Origin: Pseudomonadota bacterium
Lineage (GTDB): Bacteria; Pseudomonadota; Gammaproteobacteria; Burkholderiales; Sulfuriferulaceae
Assembly (NCBI GenBank): GCA_021795395.1
Contig: JAJYPN010000001.1
Coordinates: 82,468 to 146,467 of the forward strand
Direction of reading: 5' to 3'
DNA length: 64,000 nucleotides
The notes beneath the pieces were generated by a model, which was not told where the DNA came from, did no database searches, and saw only the letters and a list, made by a program, of their open reading frames with translations. Both the position numbers and the translations under genes were made by a program. Shown piece by piece: positions 24,510 through 34,387 of this stretch. The stretch's first letter is position 1. Every line of letters begins with the position of its first letter.

Positions 24510-24952
24510 AACGAGAAACCTGCCAGTTCATCGGGTATTTCGCCGTTTTTAAAGGCAAGCGCCTGTTCCATTTGCTCCTGCCAGCGCATTTCGTTCCATA
24601 TCTCGAATTTCGAGCCTTGACCGACCATCACCACGTTTTTGTCCAGCGCAGCGAATTCGCGCAGCATGGACGGCAACAAAATCCGCCCGGTCGCATCGAG
24701 TTCCAGATCTGCCGCGTTACCTACCAGCAAACGCTGCAGATTACGGGTTTTCGGATCAAAGCTCGACAAGCCGTTCAACTTTTTTTCTATCGGCTCCCAC
24801 GCCTGCAACGGAAACAGCAGCAGACATTTGCTCGGATCAGCCGTCACCACCACTTTGCCGTCGCCCTGCGACGACAGTTCGTCGCGATACCTGGACGGTA
24901 CGGTAAGTCGCCCCTTGGTATCCAAACTTAGTGTAGTTACGCCACGAAACAT
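24506..24952 (-). CDS. mraZ: transcriptional regulator MraZ
   Basis: Start [23 protein letters not shown] at 24952. Duplicated MraZ/SpoVT-AbrB-like halves. First gene of the dcw cluster. Confidence 0.95.
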   Translation of the reverse strand: MFRGVTTLSLDTKGRLTVPSRYRDELSSQGDGKVVVTADPSKCLLLFPLQAWEPIEKKLNGLSSFDPKTRNLQRLLVGNAADLELDATGRILLPSMLREFAALDKNVVMVGQGSKFEIWNEMRWQEQMEQALAFKNGEIPDELAGFSL

Positions 24953-24984
24953 ATTGAAACCCGGTCTAGCCCGCAAGGAAATAT

Positions 24985-25020
24985 CCCCACTTTTTACCAC
25001 CAAACACCACTTCTCACCAC
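24985..25020 (-). promoter_or_regulatory. candidate MraZ operator: four GTGG(T/G) boxes phased exactly 10 bp apart
   Basis: The minus strand reads GTGGTGAGAA GTGGTGTTTG GTGGTAAAAA GTGGGGATAT, immediately downstream of the putative -10 element. MraZ is known to bind phased GTGG/TGGG repeats at its own promoter. Confidence 0.55.
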
Positions 25021-25047
25021 TATAGATAATAAAAATCGACAGGTCAA
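25019..25047 (-). promoter_or_regulatory. candidate sigma-70 promoter of the dcw cluster (Pmra)
   Basis: Minus strand: TTGACC, 17-nt spacer, TATAGT. It lies ~70 nt upstream of the mraZ ATG. Confidence 0.5.
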
Positions 25048-25508
25048 GCAAGAAATAGGGTTTGTTTAGATATCACAAAGACTTAGGAAGAACACGGAAG
25101 CCGGAAAATAAGACCGGGGGAGGAAGTACGGTTGAAAACGCAACGGGATTTGTCGCGCCTGAGCATATGCCCAGCTTTGATAAGGGCTGAATTTTACAAT
25201 TAATTATTGTTAATAACTAAATTATTGCTACAATAAAACTTATTAAGCGTTAAAAATCGTTTCTTTTCTTGTCTGCAGGTCATGCAATCCAAAATGTTTG
25301 GAAAATGCCGTGGACTCTAACCCAATATCCGCTGACGTGCCTGCAGTTTCACTAAAATAATTTGTCGAAACAATTTACACATTTATCGTTAAGCTATTAT
25401 TCTTATATATAACACATTGATATATTAGTGATTTTAATTAATATCGTTTATGCTCGCATCGAGGGCTCGCAATATTCTTTAAGCGGACGAGCATAGAAAT
25501 CGGACTTT

Positions 25509-25772
25509 ATGCCGGGGAAAAAGATGGGCAATATAATACGAAACATGCTGGTACTGATCGGCTTGTATACGCTTGGTTTAGCCTTGATTGGACTTATGTT
25601 ATGGTTATTGTGGATAAGCCGTAATGTTTGGCATGGTTTGCAGGCGTACATTTTTTTAGGGCGCAGTCTAGACACCGAGACCTTACTTATATACCTTTAC
25701 TTCGTCCCAATGTTTCTAAGCCTCGGAGCGTTGTCATACCGGGTTATGGAATCGCCGCATCCCCTCTTGTAG
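25509..25772 (+). CDS. hypothetical small membrane protein in the AT-rich spacer; frame continues past an in-frame TAG to 25916
   Basis: 87 codons encoding two hydrophobic helices. After the TAG at 25770-25772, the same frame encodes 47 more largely hydrophobic codons (AFALAFCFFVPWLIFIHDIAVVPFLTLAGSLIAKWYWKKPYDETRVS). I recognise no homology. Confidence 0.3.
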   Translation: MPGKKMGNIIRNMLVLIGLYTLGLALIGLMLWLLWISRNVWHGLQAYIFLGRSLDTETLLIYLYFVPMFLSLGALSYRVMESPHPLL

Positions 25773-26028
25773 GCATTCGCTTTGGCCTTTTGCTTCTTTG
25801 TGCCATGGCTGATTTTTATCCATGACATTGCTGTTGTTCCATTTCTGACTTTGGCGGGTAGCCTGATTGCAAAATGGTATTGGAAGAAACCCTACGACGA
25901 AACCAGAGTATCTTGATCGGTACTGCCAGCTCTCAAACAGAACATCTGTCTTATTATAGTTGCCAAAGAATAGGCGTTGACGGGATCTCTGCGGCAGTAT
26001 TCCCGAACCGGCAATCGCTACCGTTGGT

Positions 26029-26586
26029 TCATTTATCCGTTTCGGAAAATTCTTTCAACACGGTGCGCTCGACCAACACGCTGACCTTACCGTCGCCCAG
26101 CCATAACTGGCCGTCCTGTACCGTGCATTGCAATTGCATGTTGCGCTGCGCCAGGGCTGCCAGCGCGCGAGTGCTTTCCGGCGGCAGATTGATTACCGCA
26201 AGATTTTTCTGCCGGGCAAACTGGCTGCTGTTTTGCGCATACCAGATATCGGCCGTCCTGCCGCCGTAGCAGACTACGATCACCTGACGTGCGCGACCGC
26301 AGGCTTTACGTATCAGCTTTTCATCGGGCGTTCCAACGTCTATCCACAATTCGATGGCGCCGGTAAGATCTTTTTGCCAAAGATCGGCCTCTTCCTCCAT
26401 CGTCATGCCCTGACCGAATTCCAGATATTCGTGTGCGTAAACCGCAAAAGCCAGCAATCGCACCATCAAGCGTTCGTCGGTTTCCGAAGGATGGCGAGCC
26501 AGCGTCAGCGCATGATCCTGATAATAGTGCCGGTCCATATCCGCGATTTGCAGATTGGCCTTGAAGATAGTCGCCTTAATCGCCAT
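26029..26586 (-). CDS. yaeQ: YaeQ family protein (PD-(D/E)xK-like)
   Basis: MAIKATIFKANLQIADMDRHYYQDHALTLARHPSETDERLMVRLLAF closely mirrors E. coli YaeQ, as I recall it. Confidence 0.85.
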   Translation of the reverse strand: MAIKATIFKANLQIADMDRHYYQDHALTLARHPSETDERLMVRLLAFAVYAHEYLEFGQGMTMEEEADLWQKDLTGAIELWIDVGTPDEKLIRKACGRARQVIVVCYGGRTADIWYAQNSSQFARQKNLAVINLPPESTRALAALAQRNMQLQCTVQDGQLWLGDGKVSVLVERTVLKEFSETDK

Positions 26587-26637
26587 GCTGATCATACCAG
26601 TCGGGGCGGAACTCGGCGCGCAAAACCATACCGGTCA

Positions 26638-27087
26638 TTAACGCCCAGTGCTGCCGAAACCGCCGGTGCCGCGTTCGCTGGCGACAAATTCGTCGACGAG
26701 GTTGAACTGCACGCGCACTACCGGAATCACCACCAGCTGCGCTATCCGCTCCATGGGATTGATGGTAAAGGCAGCATGGCTGCGATTCCACATGGACACG
26801 AAAATCTGTCCCTGATAATCCGAATCGATCAGACCCACCAGATTACCCAGCACGATACCGTGCTTGTGACCGAGGCCCGACCGCGGCAACACCACGGCGG
26901 CCAGATCCGGTTGTGCGATATGCACCGCAAGTCCGGCAGGAATCAACAGAGTCTGGCCCGGAGCGATATCCATCGGGTGTTCCGTGCATGCTCTCAAGTC
27001 GATGCCGGCGGAGCCGGTCGTCGCATAGGCGGGGGGATGATCGCGCAGCCGCGCGTCGAGAATTTTAATATCTATGATCTGTGCCAT
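26638..27087 (-). CDS. dut: dUTP diphosphatase
   Basis: Start [11 protein letters not shown]. Motifs [19 protein letters not shown] and the C-terminal [10 protein letters not shown]. Confidence 0.95.
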   Translation of the reverse strand: MAQIIDIKILDARLRDHPPAYATTGSAGIDLRACTEHPMDIAPGQTLLIPAGLAVHIAQPDLAAVVLPRSGLGHKHGIVLGNLVGLIDSDYQGQIFVSMWNRSHAAFTINPMERIAQLVVIPVVRVQFNLVDEFVASERGTGGFGSTGR

Positions 27088-27103
27088 GAAATTTTCCTGA
27101 AGC

Positions 27104-28318
27104 TTATGCACCGCCGTACAGACGAGCAATGTGGTTGACGACCTGCCGTGCCAGCGTCAGCTTGTCGGCTTTGGGCAATGAATGGCGACCGCGGTCGTCG
27201 AGCAGCAACAATTCGTTATCATCGCTGCCCAACGCATCCTGGGCGCGATTGACGACCAGCAGCGGCAAACGCTTGCGCAGCCGCTTCGCTTCCCCCAATT
27301 CCGGCAGGCGCTCGGTTTCCGCGGCAAACCCTACGCAAAACGGCGGATTCGGCATATGGCTGACTTGCGCCAGTATATCGACAGTGGGCACTAACTCCAA
27401 CGTCAGCGGCGCCTCCGTTTTTTTCAGTTTGTTGATATGCGCCTGCAACGGGCGATAATCGGCGACCGCAGCGACGCTAATGAATATATCGCACCCGGCG
27501 ATCTGCCGGTTCACAGCGGCTAGCATATCGGCAGCGCTTTCCACCGTTATCAGCCGGGCGGCGGCCGGAGGCGGAAGACATGTCGGCCCGCTGATCAGCG
27601 TAACGCTGGCGCCGGCTTCGATCGCCGCTTGCGCGACGGCGTAGCCCATCTTGCCCGAACTCAGATTGGTCAGCGCCCGCACCGGGTCGATTTTTTCCAG
27701 CGTCGGCCCCGCCGTAACCAATACGCGGCGTTGCGCCAACACCGGCTGCGCATGCCGGGTCTGGCCGTTCGCCGCATACTGCGCCACAACCGCCGCAAAA
27801 ATCGCCTCGGGTTCCAACATGCGGCCGGGACCGATGTCGCCGCAGGCTTGCTCGCCTGCCGTCGGCCCGAGCAGGATAACATCGTCCGCCGCCAGCTGCC
27901 GCGCATTGCGCCGAGTCGCCGGATGATTCCACATCTGCTGATTCATCGCCGGCGCGATCAACAGCGGACACGAACGTGCCAGACACAAGGTCGACAATAT
28001 ATCGTCGGCCAGACCCTGCGCCAGTTTAGCCATGAAATCGGCGCTGGCCGGCGCGACGATCGCCAGCTCGCACTCGCGCACGAGCGCGATATGCGCCATC
28101 CCGTCGCCGTCGGCATCGTCCCATAAATCGGTGTACACGCGCCGTCCGGAAAGCGCCTGAAACGTCTTGGCGGCAACAAACTGCGTAGCCGCAGCCGTCA
28201 TCGCCACCTGCACCCGGGCGCCGGCTTTCGCCAACAGGCGCGTCAACTCGGCTGCTTTGTAAGCGGCAATACCGCCGGTCACTCCCAGCAATATGCGTTT
28301 ATCGTGTAGTTCCGGCAT
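27104..28318 (-). CDS. coaBC: bifunctional phosphopantothenoylcysteine decarboxylase / synthetase
   Basis: ATG start [21 protein letters not shown]. Flavoprotein N-domain plus a CoaB C-domain. Confidence 0.95.
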   Translation of the reverse strand: MPELHDKRILLGVTGGIAAYKAAELTRLLAKAGARVQVAMTAAATQFVAAKTFQALSGRRVYTDLWDDADGDGMAHIALVRECELAIVAPASADFMAKLAQGLADDILSTLCLARSCPLLIAPAMNQQMWNHPATRRNARQLAADDVILLGPTAGEQACGDIGPGRMLEPEAIFAAVVAQYAANGQTRHAQPVLAQRRVLVTAGPTLEKIDPVRALTNLSSGKMGYAVAQAAIEAGASVTLISGPTCLPPPAAARLITVESAADMLAAVNRQIAGCDIFISVAAVADYRPLQAHINKLKKTEAPLTLELVPTVDILAQVSHMPNPPFCVGFAAETERLPELGEAKRLRKRLPLLVVNRAQDALGSDDNELLLLDDRGRHSLPKADKLTLARQVVNHIARLYGGA

Positions 28319-28529
28319 GATCGGGCGCAAGTAAAATTGCTATTCTACCGCAGAATCCGTTGATTTTACGCGACCAAACCGTCCATCGGCATTCTGCACT
28401 ATCGAACGATCCGGCATTTCTGCTTTAATTTCGGGTAGTTTCGGAATACATTGCGCACCGTCAGTCAGCGCCCCGGCCGGACGAAGCTCTGGCGCGCAAG
28501 TTCGACTTCAGCCCTGCCCCTTGCAATTC

Positions 28530-29015
28530 TCAATACCTGCCCATCTTGGTGATGTAGTTGGTCAGGTGTTCGGTCTCCTGACTCATGCGAGCAAGGTTGG
28601 CGTGGGTTATGTTGAACAGGGCGCGCATTACCTTGAAAGCCACGCGCGGGTGGTCGTCGAGTAATTTTTGCAAATCTTCCGGCGTCAGGGTATAGACAGT
28701 CGTTGCACCTACGGCGCGCAGCGTCGCTCTGCGCGGGGTGTTTTTTACAAAAGCGCGGGTACCTGCGCATTCGCCGGCTTGCATGGTGTAGACCCGCTTT
28801 TCTTGGCCTTGAACGTTCAGACTGGTGACGATGAGCTGGCCTTCGGCCAGCATGAACAGGGAACGGTAAATATCGCCTTCCTTGACCAGAAACTCGCCAT
28901 CCTGATAATGCCGGACGCCCATGCGTGCGGACAGTTGACGGGCTTCTTCCTCGGTGAGTTCGCTTCCCAATGCTGAATTACGAACAATCTTGTAATCTGT
29001 AACCTCGCTCATCAT
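28530..29015 (-). CDS. stand-alone cyclic-nucleotide-binding domain protein (no DNA-binding domain)
   Basis: CNB beta-roll pattern: EGD..RSLFMLAEGQLIV...GECAGTRAF...RRATLRAV. 161 aa with only a short C-terminal helix. GGAGA RBS. Confidence 0.75.
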   Translation of the reverse strand: MMSEVTDYKIVRNSALGSELTEEEARQLSARMGVRHYQDGEFLVKEGDIYRSLFMLAEGQLIVTSLNVQGQEKRVYTMQAGECAGTRAFVKNTPRRATLRAVGATTVYTLTPEDLQKLLDDHPRVAFKVMRALFNITHANLARMSQETEHLTNYITKMGRY

Positions 29016-29304
29016 TCAATCTCCGTGTAAATTATTCCCTGCGCAAGATGATACCTTAAACATGCCCGCAATGTAGCGGGAATCCTCCAACCGATCCGGG
29101 CACCGATATCGATTATTGAAAAAACGGTCAAGTGTAACTGTTTCGGGGAGCTACGCAAATCAGCAAGGCGGAATTCGCCAGACTTATGCAGTATCCCGTT
29201 GTTCCCAAAATACCGCAGGTAAACATTACTTGCAACCGCCGTAATCATTCCGTCATAAATCTAATGTATACAATCGATATTATGTATTTGCAAAACGATA
29301 TGAT

Positions 29305-29982
29305 ATGGCTATTACCGACTGGCCGGAAAACGAACGCCCGCGCGAGAAATTATTGACGCGCGGTGCGGCCGCCCTGAGCGATGCGGAGTTGCTGGCGATT
29401 TTCCTGCGTACCGGCATACCGGGCAAGAGCGCGGTGGACATGGCGCGCGAACTGATCGGCGCGTTTAAAAGCCTGACGCAATTATTTGCGGCCAGCCATG
29501 CCGAATTTTGCGCATTTCCCGGGCTCGGTGACGCCAAATACGCGCAACTGCAAGCCGTGCTGGAAATGGCGCGACGCGCGTTGACGGAGCAGATGCAGCA
29601 GGCCGATGCGCTGAATTCTCCCGCCGCGGTACGCAATTATTTACGTCTTGCGCTGGCAGGACGTCAGCACGAAGTATTTTGCGGAGTATTTCTGGACAGC
29701 CAGAACCGCGTACTGGCGGTCGAGGAATTATTTCAGGGCACGCTCTCGCAGGCGAGCGTATATCCACGGGAAGTCGTCAAGCGCGCGCTGGCGCATAATG
29801 CAGCGGGATTGATCCTGGCGCATAATCATCCATCGGGCGTGGCAGAGCCGAGCCGCGCCGACGAAAACCTGACATCCACCCTCAAATCGGCGTTGGCCCT
29901 GGTCGACATCCGTGTACTGGATCATTTCATCGTCGGCAACGACACGATCACTTCCTTTGCCGAACGCGGGCTGCTAAGATGA
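29305..29982 (+). CDS. radC: RadC-like JAB domain protein (UPF0758)
   Basis: N-terminal [17 protein letters not shown] and JAB motif HNHPSG. Conserved coaBC-radC-rpmBG neighbourhood. Confidence 0.9.
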   Translation: MAITDWPENERPREKLLTRGAAALSDAELLAIFLRTGIPGKSAVDMARELIGAFKSLTQLFAASHAEFCAFPGLGDAKYAQLQAVLEMARRALTEQMQQADALNSPAAVRNYLRLALAGRQHEVFCGVFLDSQNRVLAVEELFQGTLSQASVYPREVVKRALAHNAAGLILAHNHPSGVAEPSRADENLTSTLKSALALVDIRVLDHFIVGNDTITSFAERGLLR

Positions 29983-30014
29983 AGACTCGCTTATGGGAAT
30001 TCGCCGGGGCGAAC

Positions 30015-30044
30015 TTGACTTTACTTGACTAAACATGGTATAAA
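30015..30044 (+). promoter_or_regulatory. candidate sigma-70 promoter for rpmB-rpmG
   Basis: TTGACT, 18-nt spacer, TATAAA. It lies ~30 nt upstream of the GGGAGG RBS of rpmB. Confidence 0.35.
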
Positions 30045-30076
30045 TCGCCTTTTTCCGAATTTCGTGGGAGGTCGTT

Positions 30077-30313
30077 ATGGCCCGTGTATGTCAAATTACA
30101 GGCAAATCGCCTATGTCGGGGAACAACGTTTCCCACGCCAACAATAAAACCAAGCGCCGTTTTTTGCCCAATCTGCAATCGCGCCGGTTCTGGCTCGAAA
30201 ATGAAAACCGCTTCATCCGTTTGCGGGTAAGCACGGCAGCGTTGCGCACGATAGACAAAAAAGGCATAGAAGCCGTACTGGAAGAAATGATCGCCAAGGG
30301 CGAGAAAATTTAA
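30077..30313 (+). CDS. rpmB: 50S ribosomal protein L28
   Basis: [34 protein letters not shown]. Confidence 0.97.
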   Translation: MARVCQITGKSPMSGNNVSHANNKTKRRFLPNLQSRRFWLENENRFIRLRVSTAALRTIDKKGIEAVLEEMIAKGEKI

Positions 30314-30322
30314 GGATAGAAT

Positions 30323-30490
30323 ATGGCTAGCAAAATCCGTGAAAAAATCAAACTGGAATCGACAGCCGGCACCGGGCACTTCTATACGACCAGCAAAAAC
30401 AAGCGTACTACGCCTGAAAAGCTCGAGTTTATGAAGTTCGATCCCAAAGCCAGAAAGCATGTGCTTTATAAGGAACTCAAGCTCAAGTGA
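30323..30490 (+). CDS. rpmG: 50S ribosomal protein L33
   Basis: Own translation: [55 protein letters not shown], 55 aa. Missing from the ORF track, presumably because it is shorter than 60 aa (the shortest listed ORF). Confidence 0.95.
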   Translation: MASKIREKIKLESTAGTGHFYTTSKNKRTTPEKLEFMKFDPKARKHVLYKELKLK

Positions 30491-30836
30491 ATCAGGGTTG
30501 GCCCGTAATCAGGAATTGGGCAAAGTCCGATGCGCGGATTACACAGGCCCCTCCAGCTTTTCATCGCGTGTGATTGACAGCCATCATGATTCGTTGCGTT
30601 GCCGGTCCTCGTCCTTGCCGTTTGCAAAATTCAAGTTGCCATTCTAAAATGGTCTGCCATACTGCGCCTCAGGTAAGCGTCTCTTCTTTCCTGACCTCTG
30701 CCGGAAAATAGAATCAGCATATCCAGAAACACTGAACCAAACAAAGGAGGGGTGATATGTCTATCTTTTACTACTATACGAATTGCCTGATTCTCCTTTG
30801 AGCGAATTTCCTTTTTATATAGCCGGGTGACATTCC

Positions 30837-32039
30837 ATGCCATTGGATGACAGGATCTTGCTATTCTGTCTCGTCACCGTTTCGGCCGCGATGGCGCTTA
30901 GCATTTCTATCGTATTACAACCCCAGGAACATAACGGCTTAAGAAAGTGGGCCAGCGCCCTGACATTGGAATCCGTGGCATGGCTGTTGTTTGCGATGCA
31001 CGGTCTCACTGCGCCAACGGTTTCTGTCATACTCGCCAATTTTCTTTTATCCTCCGCGCAAGCGATAAAACTTGCCGCAATCTACGAATATCGGGGACTG
31101 AAGTTTCCTCGCTGGCAATGTGTTCTACCCGTTTTAGGTAATCTTCTGATTTTTTCCCTTTTACTTCATCGAAATCTCCATGAACAATTGGTTGCGGGAA
31201 GTTTCATTTATTCGATACAGATGCTATTGATACTCATCGCCTTGGCGCAAGACACCGCATCGCGGGTCGGGCGGGCCTGGAATCTACTTTTCAGTTCCAC
31301 TTTGCTTATCCTCACCATCTATCTGCTGCGAGCATTCAATATTCCATCAAGCCAGCAACTATTTGCGTCGCTGCCGATATCCATGGCGCCGCATTCGATC
31401 CTGCTTATCGTGATTTTATCCGCAATCGGCCTGTGCATTACCGAATCCATGGGTTTCGTGCTGATGATCAAACAGCGTTCCGATCGAGAAATTCTTACAC
31501 TGGCGATGACCGATCCATTAACCGGCATATTCAATCGGCGAGCATTCATGGCAAACGCCGACAAGGAATGCTCCATCGCGCAACGCAATGGATTGCCGCT
31601 AGCGTTATTGATGATAGATGTCGATCATTTCAAAACGATCAACGATCGATACGGCCATCCCACCGGTGACGCGGTTTTGGCGGAAATCGCGCGCATCCTC
31701 ACGTCGCGCTTGCGCAAGGAAGACACCATAGGTCGTTACGGCGGCGAGGAGTTTTGTATCCTGTTGCCGGGTACCGATGAAAATGGCGCTCTGGCGATAA
31801 GCGAAAACCTGCGGCAGGCTATTTCGGCCATGCCCTTGACCCAGGGAAAATCTCCTGTATTCGCTACCGTAAGCATAGGTCTGACCGTACAACCCCCTAC
31901 CGATACATTTTTTTCGCCCGATTTTGCAAAACTGCTCGCCGCTGCGGATGCAGCTCTGTATCAGGCCAAACGCGACGGACGCAATCGCGTTGTGCTGATC
32001 AATAGCTTACGCACGGCGATCACTCAACCCGAGCATTGA
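30837..32039 (+). CDS. membrane-anchored diguanylate cyclase (multi-TM N-domain + GGDEF)
   Basis: About 6-7 TM helices, then DPLTGIFNRRAF...RYGGEEF (active-type GGEEF). An RxxD I-site (RKED) lies 5 residues upstream of GGEEF. Confidence 0.9.
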   Translation: MPLDDRILLFCLVTVSAAMALSISIVLQPQEHNGLRKWASALTLESVAWLLFAMHGLTAPTVSVILANFLLSSAQAIKLAAIYEYRGLKFPRWQCVLPVLGNLLIFSLLLHRNLHEQLVAGSFIYSIQMLLILIALAQDTASRVGRAWNLLFSSTLLILTIYLLRAFNIPSSQQLFASLPISMAPHSILLIVILSAIGLCITESMGFVLMIKQRSDREILTLAMTDPLTGIFNRRAFMANADKECSIAQRNGLPLALLMIDVDHFKTINDRYGHPTGDAVLAEIARILTSRLRKEDTIGRYGGEEFCILLPGTDENGALAISENLRQAISAMPLTQGKSPVFATVSIGLTVQPPTDTFFSPDFAKLLAAADAALYQAKRDGRNRVVLINSLRTAITQPEH

Positions 32040-32254
32040 TTCTCCGAATTCCAATGTATCAACGAGCATGTCGCGCACGACCACACGCCGCCGTTACGAA
32101 CAAAGGCGGATCGCGGCAGCCCGTCTCACCTTACCCCGGAAAAACGGTGTCAGCAATCGGTTTTAACCGCATGATTGCTGCTGAAGCCCAGCAAATACGC
32201 CAATAACCGGGACAACTGAAAGCATGATTCATGCGTAACGACGGCGACCGTGGC

Positions 32255-32995
32255 TCACAATTTCAGCCGCTTGAAAACCGGCTCGGGAATCAGCCTGATA
32301 ATCCACATGATATAGCGCCAGAAATTTGGAACGTAAATGACATCCGCAGATTTATGCAAGGCCGTGACGATACGCCTGCCTACATATTGCGGCGTCGCCA
32401 CCAGAAACAAACCCGGCATGCCGTAAGTCATGGCCGTATCGACAAAGCCGGGCTTAACCGTGATAACGCGTACGCCGCTATCGTACAAACGATTGCGCAA
32501 ACCTTGCAAATATAAAGCCAGCGCCCCTTTGGCAGCACCGTAAGTATAATTGCTCTGGCGGCCGCGATCGCCGGCCACGGAACCGATACCGATAATAAAT
32601 CCTTGCTTGCGCGCTTCGAGGTAATTGGCGCAATGACCGAGTATGGAAGCGGCCGCGGTAAAATTGATCAGAATTACTTCCGCGCCGCCCGTATCGAAAT
32701 TTCGCGCAGCGATCGGGTCGCCCAGATACCCCATTGCCAGCACGACTCCGTCCATTTCTCCCATGTTGCTGATTGCCTGGGCAAAAAAGCGGCCATGGTC
32801 GCTCAGGGATTCCGCAGCAAAAATCCCCCACCCGGCTTTGATCCGATAGCGTATGGCCAAATCCGCCGCAATCCGCGCCAATTCTTCGGCATCGCGTCCC
32901 GCCAGATACACATCGTAACCCTGCTCAGCGAATTCGCCGGCGGCCGCACGTGCGATCGCAGATGTCGCGCCCAGGATGAGCACGACTTTACGCAT
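32255..32995 (-). CDS. DprE2-like SDR (decaprenylphospho-D-erythro-pentofuranosid-2-ulose 2-reductase family)
   Basis: Start MRKVVLILGATSAIARA. YGAAK catalytic motif. C-terminal tail FWRYIMWIIRLIPEPVFKRLKL mirrors M. tuberculosis DprE2 [21 protein letters not shown] (from memory). 8-nt overlap with the upstream gene. Confidence 0.75.
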   Translation of the reverse strand: MRKVVLILGATSAIARAAAGEFAEQGYDVYLAGRDAEELARIAADLAIRYRIKAGWGIFAAESLSDHGRFFAQAISNMGEMDGVVLAMGYLGDPIAARNFDTGGAEVILINFTAAASILGHCANYLEARKQGFIIGIGSVAGDRGRQSNYTYGAAKGALALYLQGLRNRLYDSGVRVITVKPGFVDTAMTYGMPGLFLVATPQYVGRRIVTALHKSADVIYVPNFWRYIMWIIRLIPEPVFKRLKL

Positions 32996-34304
32996 ATCCC
33001 ATCCCCAGACGCCGAGACAGGCTGGATTCGAAACCGTGAGCCGGGTCGACCGCCTGTTTGATGCGCTGCCAGTCCCGATAGCGCGGATACATGGCGCGAA
33101 ACGTCTGCGGGGTGAGCACGGCGTCCTTGGCCAGATAGACGCGACCGCCGTGTTGCAGGACGATGGCGTCCAGCGTACGCAATAAATCGAACACGCCGCG
33201 GTCGCGCATCGGAATATCCAGCGCCAGCGTATAACCCGCCAGGGGAAATGAAAGTAGCGCAGCATTCTGGACGCCCAGCCGTTTCAATACCGCCAGAAAC
33301 GAAGGCCGCCGGCTTTGCGACACGGTCTGCAGCAATGCCGATACGGCAGTCAGTGCTCCGGCTTCGGGAACGACGCACTGGTATTGCACGAAACCGCGTT
33401 TGCCGTACAATCGATTCCAGTCGGCAATACGATCCAGCGGATAAAAATAATGATCATAGTGGGCGAAATAAGGAGCCCTTTTGTTGCCCTGCCGGTGATA
33501 ATAGACAGCATTGAAGAGCTGTATCGTCAACGGATTCAATACCGCGGCGGCCAAATCAAAAGCCACGGACCGGGAAGTCCCGACAGCCGCAGAACCTTGC
33601 AATGCGGCAGGCAGCTCTTCCGGCGCTGCGTGATGCGCGCACATCAATATGCTGCGTCCCAATTGTTTGCCGCCCGCCAGACAATCGATCCACGCCACGC
33701 TGTATTGATCGTCCAGTCCGGGATCGCCGAAGAGCGCAAACGTCTGCGCCAGATTTTTCGCGGGATGGTGGCGTACCCGCAAATAACTGCTGCCGATGCG
33801 TCTCAGTTTCAGGTTGACTTCGCCGATGATTCCGGTCAGCCCCATACCGCCGATGGTCGCCCAGAACAGCGCCTGATTTTTTGTAGCCGAACAGGTCACC
33901 CGGCTCGCATCCGCCAGTATCATTTCCAGTTCCAGCACATGCTGACCGAACGTGCCGTCATGATGATGATTCTTGCCGTGTACGTCGGCGGCGACGCATC
34001 CCCCCAGCGACGCCCATTGCGTGCCGGGAGTCACCGGCAGAAACCAGCCGTGCGGCATGATTGCCGCCAGCACTTCCGCCAGCGTTACGCCTGCCTCGGC
34101 GCGCAATACTCCGGCTACGGCATCGAACGCCAGCAACCGATTGACGCGTTCGGTCAATATGACCCGTTTACCGAGAGCGGCATCGCCGTAACTGCGGCCT
34201 TGTCCCCGTGCAATCTGCCGTCCTGCGCTTGCCGTCAAATCCCGATAGCGTTCCGGACGCACCGATTCGCATTCTTCCACCGGGAATCTTCCCCAGCCGG
34301 ACAT
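32988..34304 (-). CDS. DprE1-like FAD-dependent oxidase (polyprenyl-phospho-ribose 2'-oxidase family)
   Basis: MSGWGRFP.., GRSYGD, DVHGKNHH, LFWATIGGMGLTGII, YPLD..WNRLYG..GFVQYQ, LSFP, GGRVYLAKD. These are collinear with Mtb DprE1 as I recall it. An alternative GTG start lies at 34337. Confidence 0.8.
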   Translation of the reverse strand: MSGWGRFPVEECESVRPERYRDLTASAGRQIARGQGRSYGDAALGKRVILTERVNRLLAFDAVAGVLRAEAGVTLAEVLAAIMPHGWFLPVTPGTQWASLGGCVAADVHGKNHHHDGTFGQHVLELEMILADASRVTCSATKNQALFWATIGGMGLTGIIGEVNLKLRRIGSSYLRVRHHPAKNLAQTFALFGDPGLDDQYSVAWIDCLAGGKQLGRSILMCAHHAAPEELPAALQGSAAVGTSRSVAFDLAAAVLNPLTIQLFNAVYYHRQGNKRAPYFAHYDHYFYPLDRIADWNRLYGKRGFVQYQCVVPEAGALTAVSALLQTVSQSRRPSFLAVLKRLGVQNAALLSFPLAGYTLALDIPMRDRGVFDLLRTLDAIVLQHGGRVYLAKDAVLTPQTFRAMYPRYRDWQRIKQAVDPAHGFESSLSRRLGMGYA

Positions 34305-34387
34305 GGAACATTTTAATACGCCTGCTTGATTACCCACGAAATCTCATTTATTGTCATCGTCCGATACAGGATCAGGTGTTCTCCGGC

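Noticed and set aside
25052-25500. Possible RNase P RNA or other structured ncRNA upstream of mraZ. From memory, rnpB neighbours mraZ in some proteobacteria.
   Set aside because: None of the universally conserved RNase P blocks (GGAAAGTCCGGGCTCC, ACAGAACCCGGCTTA-type) is present. The region is AT-rich rather than a GC-rich ~350-nt structured RNA.
25874-26269. 131-aa plus-strand ORF bridging the AT-rich spacer and yaeQ.
   Set aside because: Most of it is antisense to the clearly homologous yaeQ gene. Its first part is out of frame with the hydrophobic ORF described in the findings, and it has no RBS.
32145-32185. 8-bp stem hairpin (CAGCAATC..GATTGCTG) between the convergent GGDEF and DprE2-like genes, considered as a bidirectional terminator.
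   Set aside because: The stem is short and AT-containing with a 14-nt loop, and there is no flanking T/A tract. That is too weak to call.
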